The notes under the pieces were generated by a model. The model saw only the letters and a list, made by a program, of their open reading frames with translations, was not told where the DNA came from and did no database searches. From Heptranchias perlo (taxonomy: Eukaryota), in contig NW_027139442.1 of assembly GCF_035084215.1 (NCBI RefSeq), forward strand, positions 8,432,001 through 8,496,000: 64,000 bases of DNA. The letters are read 5' to 3'. This document shows, one piece after another, positions 57,158 to 64,000 of this stretch. Positions within the stretch are counted from its first letter, which is position 1, and the number at the start of each line of letters is the position of its first letter. Position numbers and translations under genes: made by a program.

Positions 57158-58632
57158 CTCTGTATCTGTCAGTCTCTGGTCCCGTATGTGAGTCGGATTC
57201 ATTCTGAATCTGTCAGTTTCTGGTACTGTGTGTGAGAGAGGGATTTATTCTGTATCTGTCAGTCTCTTGGCCTGTGTGTGAATGTTGGATTCATTCTGGA
57301 TCTGTCCGTCTCTGGTACTGTGTGTGAGTGTGGGATTCATTCTGTATCTGTCAGTCTCTGGTACTGTATTTGAATGTAGGATTCAATCTAAATCTGTCAG
57401 TCTCTTGTCCTGTGTGTGAGTGTGGGGTGCATTCTGTATTTGTTAGTCTCTGGTACTGTGTGTGAATGTGGGATACATTCTGTATCTGTCAGTCTCTGGT
57501 ACTGTGTGTGAGTGAGGGATTTATTCTTTATCTGTTAGTCTCTGGTACTGTGTGTGTGTGTGGGATTCACTCTGTATCTGTCAGTCTCTAGTACTGTATG
57601 TGAGTTTGGGATTCCTTCTGCATGTCAATCTCTGTCCTGTATCTGAGTGTGAGATTCATTCTGTGTCTATATTTATTCTCTCAGATTACATTATGGTGTT
57701 CAATATTGTAGCTTTAATATCTTAATGTTTAAATAGTTTTTATCAATATGGATACACTTTAGGATTTGATGCTGGAGGTTTTAATCAGATAATTTGTGTG
57801 CTTTTTGGACAACTATTAAATCTGTATCTCTGAGTAATATTATGAATGATAATGTATCTTTCAAACTGACATTTTTGAATTGGTACATAATGTGCAGATC
57901 AGTCTGCACGAAATGAATTGATACTGCATCTTTAATTTTTGTTTTGTAAGATTTTTGGACTTGTGTGTCTGTGATACTGTGTCATTAAATCTCTTAACAT
58001 GAGTATATTATAAACTGGTATCTAATGTGTTTCTCAGGTTATACTGTCACAGCATTTCTCAATCTGATATTGTACATGAGTTTTGGACTTGCAATTTGTA
58101 TCCGAATGATGCACTATTCGAATGAATAAGGCATGTATTGAACTCACGTGTGTGTGAGAGTTCTGGGCTAGTATTCAATTTGAATCTCGGGGTATCTGGT
58201 ATGTAATTCACGGCTAATATTGCCATTTTGTTAAATTGACAATCTGAAAACGAGACTTTGGACTGGAATTTTTGTATCTCCCTGTCAGCGGGACTGAGTT
58301 CGGGAGAAATGGAACAGTGTCTGCCTCACCTCCTCTGTTTGGCTGTTGGATTGAAAATGTGTCTCTGGAACTTGGGATCAGTGTGGGACTGACTACTTCT
58401 GCTGTCTGAGACTGTGGAACTGATGACCTGTCTGTGTCTCTGTGCTCTGAGAGTGAGAATATACCTACTGTGTGTGAGAAGGAGTTGGCTGCACTGTTCC
58501 TTTGCCTCGGGTGGAGGAAACGTCACATTCACTCTGGCTCGTTCAAGGGTTTGCCTGTAGAAAGAAACGTATCGCATGTAACTCAAGAACAGGTGAGGTA
58601 GAAAATACGTAAGTGATCAGTTTAATAACTGT
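57158..58632 (-). repeat. Inverted copy of the exon cassette plus 46-bp satellite
   Basis: Reverse complement of ~41190-42600. Confidence 0.85.
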
Positions 58633-59557
58633 AAACCCATCAACACATCCAGTGGCACATTTGGACAGGGAAACTACTGGCAAACAGGTACAGAATGGTC
58701 TGATTCCGGTCCTACACTTTCACGTGAGGCATCTACACCCACAGTGTCAATCTAACTCGGACATCGATACAGGGAGAGGCTCGTGCACGCGTGTAAAGTA
58801 CAAGAGATGCAAGTTTTCATTTCCGATATAGTATCAGCTTGGCACTGTTGGAAATATTTTCATCTCTAATGAACCAGACTCGGATCAAATAAAGTTTGTC
58901 TATTTTTCCTCTCCAGTTATTGTGACAGAGGCTGTTTCACTGTAACTCGCACGAATAGAACTTAAGTGTTTTCGCTCAGCGCTAGAATCAGAAGCAGTGT
59001 AAAACTTCGTGTCACATTCACTGCGGTACTCGTCACTGACACAGGAACAGACTGACAGGGACAGAATAAATCCCTCACTCAGCCAATAACAGACAAATTT
59101 CATTCACTGATTCAGCAATCGCTGACACAATAATCAACACATCCGTCACCTTCTGGCGGACAAATCCGTGTATTGGAAGTCAGACCGAGTAAGTGTTCTG
59201 GGAGGATGAGACTGTAAATAACACTTACAATAATGGCCGCAACACAATAGAGTGCCTCTTGTTGCCGATGATCAAACTCACCTGTTATTTCTGTATTCCA
59301 CCCTCCCAGTTTAATGAACTGATTATTTTGTGCCTCATTTCCGATACAATCTGTAAATTTCAACCTATTGGAGGTTGGCGACATCTACTGTCCAGAAGCG
59401 AGTATTGAACAGATCATTTGTATTCAACAATATATCGTTAGTTTCTAACTAAGCGATTTATTATTAAATTAAGCTCTGACTCGCTTCAGCCCTTTCATAG
59501 ATACAGTGGGTGGCTCTGAAAAGAGCCTTTGGGTTATCAGATTAAATCTTGACCGGT

Positions 59558-60007
<450 letters not shown>

Positions 60008-60852
60008 TTATTGACTGAAAGATCATCTGATTGGTTGGGCATTATTACACCTCATTTGCCTATTTCAATAACCAATCAGATAGCTGGAAATTAGATGAGG
60101 GCGGGATTGAACGGCCTCAACGGACAGATCAGGAATTTTATGAATTTCAAAAAACCCGCCAGTGTCGTAAAGGACCGGATTTCGATCAATGTCGCCCTGA
60201 GCACAAGATTTTAAACCCATTCATTTTATCTTGTCTTATTCAGCGCTACCCGTCACCAATCGCTGGCGCTGTTTTAAAATCTGCTTTAATTTATGGCTCA
60301 TTCTATTATCGCTTACAAACTGTACCGGACGGGACTAAAGCCCCATTTATAGCATTCCGTGAAGGGAAACGTTTCAATTCAGTCTTTATGAAAGTCACAC
60401 GTTATAGTTTGTTCCTTTCTCACAGAGCCGGGAGTGCTTCTATGAAACGAGGGACCCGGACGGAATTCTCATTCTGCCCCTATTCCGCTGTGTTTCTGCA
60501 AGGGGTGCGTTTGCTTTTAATATGGGGATTTTCACCTCAGACATTAAACATTTCTGAGATTGAATTCATAGAGATAATGGAATTGCTCCCGGGGTCATTC
60601 AGGGTGTGTTCGTGGCTGGAATAGTAACGCTTTAAGAACAAAACGAATGGGAAGGAGCGGATCAGAAACTCGCGTTCAGTTTATGGGTCAGAAATTTCAA
60701 CGGTGCAGTTACAGTATCAGTTTTGGATTGGAATAATATCGCGGTATTAAAAAGATACTAAGCAATTATATAGGAACTGCAGCTCTTTCAGAGAGGTTGT
60801 GGGTGGCTCTTAAAAGAGCCGTTGTGGTTTTTTTTCAGTACATTGTGGAGTT

Positions 60853-61227
60853 TCACTTGGAGCTGGTGTACTTGGTCACCGCCTTTGTCCCTTCCGACAC
60901 AGCGTGCTTGGCCAGTTCCCCGGGCAGCAGCAGGCGCACGGCGGTCTGGATCTCCCGGGAGCTGATGGTCGCCCGCTTGTTGTAATGGGCCAGGCGGGAA
61001 GCCTCACCCGCGATGCGCTCGAAAATATCGTTCACAAAGGAGTTCATGATGCCCATGGCCTTGGAGGAGATGCCGGTGTCGGGGTGAACCTGCTTCATCA
61101 CTTTGTAGATGTAGATGGAGTAACTCTCCTTCCTCGACTTTCTCCGCTTCTTGCCGCCCTTGGCTGGTGCTTTACTCAAGGTTTTCTTGGCGCCCTTCTT
61201 GGGAACTGCTTTCTTGTCCTCAGGCAT
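60853..61227 (-). CDS. H2B: Histone H2B (copy 3)
   Basis: 124-aa H2B; stem-loop 60805-60820; HDE GAAAGAGCTG; CTCATTAGCAT and TATTTAA upstream. Confidence 0.97.
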   Translation of the reverse strand: MPEDKKAVPKKGAKKTLSKAPAKGGKKRRKSRKESYSIYIYKVMKQVHPDTGISSKAMGIMNSFVNDIFERIAGEASRLAHYNKRATISSREIQTAVRLLLPGELAKHAVSEGTKAVTKYTSSK

Positions 61228-62134
61228 TTTCAAACTCAATTTGAGACTCAGAAATGACCCAAATCCGCTCCGAGCTCGGATTAAATAGGAAGCCGCACAG
61301 CCCTATGCTAATGAGGGATGGGGGAAGGCAATGATTGTGATTGGGCCACTGATCGTGATGTAACAATAATTATTCACTGTAACTCTCTGATTGGATACCT
61401 GAAGAAACCAATCAGATTTAGAACCTGCCACCAATCACAAACTCGCTCACACTGCACATTGTTCGGTTTCAGCAATTTGTTCCGAACTGTTGCAGTTCTG
61501 GTTCCGGCCAGTAGATGTCCCCAAACCCCGGGTCATTGAAGTTTGCAGATGAGAGAGGGACAGAAGATAAACTCATTCTTCACAATATCTTGCACGAGTG
61601 TGATTTAGAAAAACTGGGAATGGAGACGAGATGCAAATACATTTTGTTAGACCAAACATTGGTTTTAATGCTGTGTTAAATTCTTGTAATTGATTTAGGG
61701 TTATAGCCAATACTTCGACAAAATATACTTGCAGAACGGCCGTGTAAATGCGGAATTGAATTTCAATATAGAAAGTTGTGAGCTGGTGCATTTTGTTAGG
61801 GGGAATAAGGAGGCCACATACTGCTTGGAAAATATGAGTTTAAAAGGGGTAGAGGAGCAATGTAAATCGTGTCCTGAGAAATCAGAGAGAAATACTGCGC
61901 AATGTAAGTGAAAAATAACGGGGTAAATTCACAACTATCGAATGAGTGAAACAAAAACTTTATTTTGAATCAATTGTCTTCATTTTGCAATCACAAAACG
62001 TGCAAAATTACGAGAGTAGAAGTGACAGACAGAAACTTTCCTCACATTGCACATTGTCCTGTTTCTGCAACCACGACAGATAATGTGAATTTGTTTTCCG
62101 CTCTTTCACAGTTCTCGCCTACGTCCAGTAGAGG

Positions 62135-64000
62135 TCAGTCTCTTGTACTGTGCATGAGAGCGGGATTTCATCTGTATCTGTCAATCTCTGATACTGTGTG
62201 TGTGGGATTCATTCTGCATCTGTCATTCTCTGGTACTGAGTATGAGCATGGTATTTATTCTGTATCTCTCAGTCTCTGGCACTACATATGAGTTTAGGAT
62301 CGTTCTGTATCTGCCAGTCTCTTTCATTGTATATGATAGAGGGATTAATTCTGTATCTGCCAGTCTCAGGTACTGTGCATAAGTGTGGAATTAACTCTGT
62401 TACTGTCAGTCTCTTGTGCTATCTGTGAGTGTGGGATTCATTCTGCATCTGCCATTCTCAGCTACTTTATCTCAGTGTGGCATTCATTCTGTAATTCAGT
62501 CCCTGAGACAAAGTGCAAATCTGGATTCACTCTGTATTCTTATTTCAGTTCCCAGTATTTTACTTGAAACTGTATCTTTCATACTTTAAAGTATATGCAG
62601 TTTTTCGTCAAGTATTTAATTTGTAAATATGGATATATTTTTCGATTTTCTTTAATCAAACAAAGTGTGTGGGTTTTGGAGTAGTGTTTCATCTTAATCT
62701 CTAAACTCATATGTGAATGATAATGTACCTTTCAATCTGTTCATGGTGAAATTATTGGACTGGTATGTAATGTGTAGCTCAGATCTGCAATAATGTCTGT
62801 GAGTACTGTCTGTGAGTGTGGGATTCATTGTGTTCCTGTCAGTTTCTGGTACTGTGTGTGAGTGAGCTTAATTTTGTATCTGTCAGTCTCTGGTGCTGTA
62901 TGTGAGTGTGGGATTAATTCTGTATCTGTCAGTCTCTGGTACTGTGTGTGAATGTGGGATTCATTCTGTATCTGTCAGTCTCTGGTGCTGTGTGTGAGTG
63001 TGGGTTTCATTCTGTATCGATCAGTCTCTGGTATTGCATGTGAGTGTGAGATTCATTCTGTGTATGTCAGTCCCTGGTACTGAATGTGAGTGTGGGATTC
63101 ATTCTGTATCTGTCAGTCCCTGGTACTGAATGTGAGTGTGGGAATCATTCTGTATCTGTCAGTCCCTGGTACTGTGTGTGAGTGTGGGATTCATTCTGTA
63201 TCTGTCAGTCTCTGGTACAGTATGTGAGTGTGGGATTCATTCAATATCTGTTAGACCCTGGTATTGTGTGTGAATGAGGGTTTCATTCTGTTCCCCTCAG
63301 TGTCAGGCGACATATGTGAGGGAGTCATTCATTCTGCATCTATCAATTTCTAGTACTGTTTGTGAGTGATATGAATGTTGTCTCCGTCAGTCCGTGCTAC
63401 AGTGTGCGAGTGTGGGTTTCATTCTGTTTTTCAGTCTCTGGTACTGTGGAAGTGTGTGATTCATTCTATGTCTGTCAGTCCCTTGTACTGTGTGTGAGTG
63501 TCGGATTCATTCGGTATCTGTCAGTCACTGTTACGTTGTGTGAGTGTAGGATTCATTCTGTATCTGTCAATCACTGGTATATTGTGCGAGTGTGGGTTTC
63601 ATTCTATTTGTCAGCCTCTGGTACTGTGGGAGTGTGTGATTCATTCCATGTCTGTCAGTCCCTTGTGCTGTGTGTGAGTGTCGGATTCATTCGGTATCTG
63701 TCAGTCAATGTTACATTGTTTGAGTGTTGGTTTCAATCTGCATCTCAGTATCTGGCCCTCTATCTGAGTGTGAGATTCATTCTTTATCTGTATGTAATTT
63801 GCATCTCCGTTTACACTATGGTGGTCAAAACTATCTTTAATACCTCAATGTATCAATATTTTTCCCAATGTTTAATTGGTAGATAATGATACATTTTAAA
63901 ATGTAATGAAGGTTATAATCAGAGAATGTGGGCACTTTTTGGACTTCAATTAAATCTGTATCGATGGGAAAACAATTGTGAATTAGTTTATCTACCAAAA
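62135..64000 (-). repeat. Inverted 46-bp/82-bp satellite module
   Basis: Reverse complement of pieces of 39090-40060 and 44040-44560. Confidence 0.85.

Noticed and set aside
58740-58780. CACAGTG as a V(D)J recombination signal
   Set aside because: No ACAAAAACC-like nonamer at 12 or 23 bp.
60031-60624. 197-aa ORF between H2A-3 and H2B-3
   Set aside because: Non-ATG start, no recognisable domain, not conserved in the paralogous spacers.
63362-63886. Hydrophobic Cys/Val/Ser-rich ORF resembling a membrane protein
   Set aside because: Translation of the 46-bp satellite; similar ORFs recur in every array.

Overview
Vertebrate genomic DNA, most likely from a cartilaginous fish (inferred from the CR1/Tx1/L2 LINE types, the MEKPWKC-type C2H2 zinc-finger gene and the histone sequences). 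The first ~16 kb holds LINE fragments, a CpG island with a GC-rich minisatellite, a 13-finger ZNF gene, a decayed hAT transposon and an intact tRNA-Gly(TCC). The remainder is a replication-dependent histone cluster: 3 H2B, 3 H2A, 2 H4 and 1 H1, all with 3' stem-loops, plus an H3 with S28C and a lost stop codon and an H2A pseudogene. The spacers are a mosaic of a few re-duplicated modules: an NRF1/ETS CpG promoter, a spliced non-coding exon cassette, 46-bp and 82-bp satellites, the H2B upstream block and tRNA-Gly relics. They include a ~10-13 kb direct segmental duplication and an inverted arm beyond ~57 kb. Best leads: H2B promoter blocks fused at one shared junction to the non-coding exon cassette (three copies); the non-stop H3; CDE/CHR-type motifs at the histone promoters; and a 354-bp AC-box/TG-box spacing at H1. 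All calls were made by eye; repeat boundaries are approximate.
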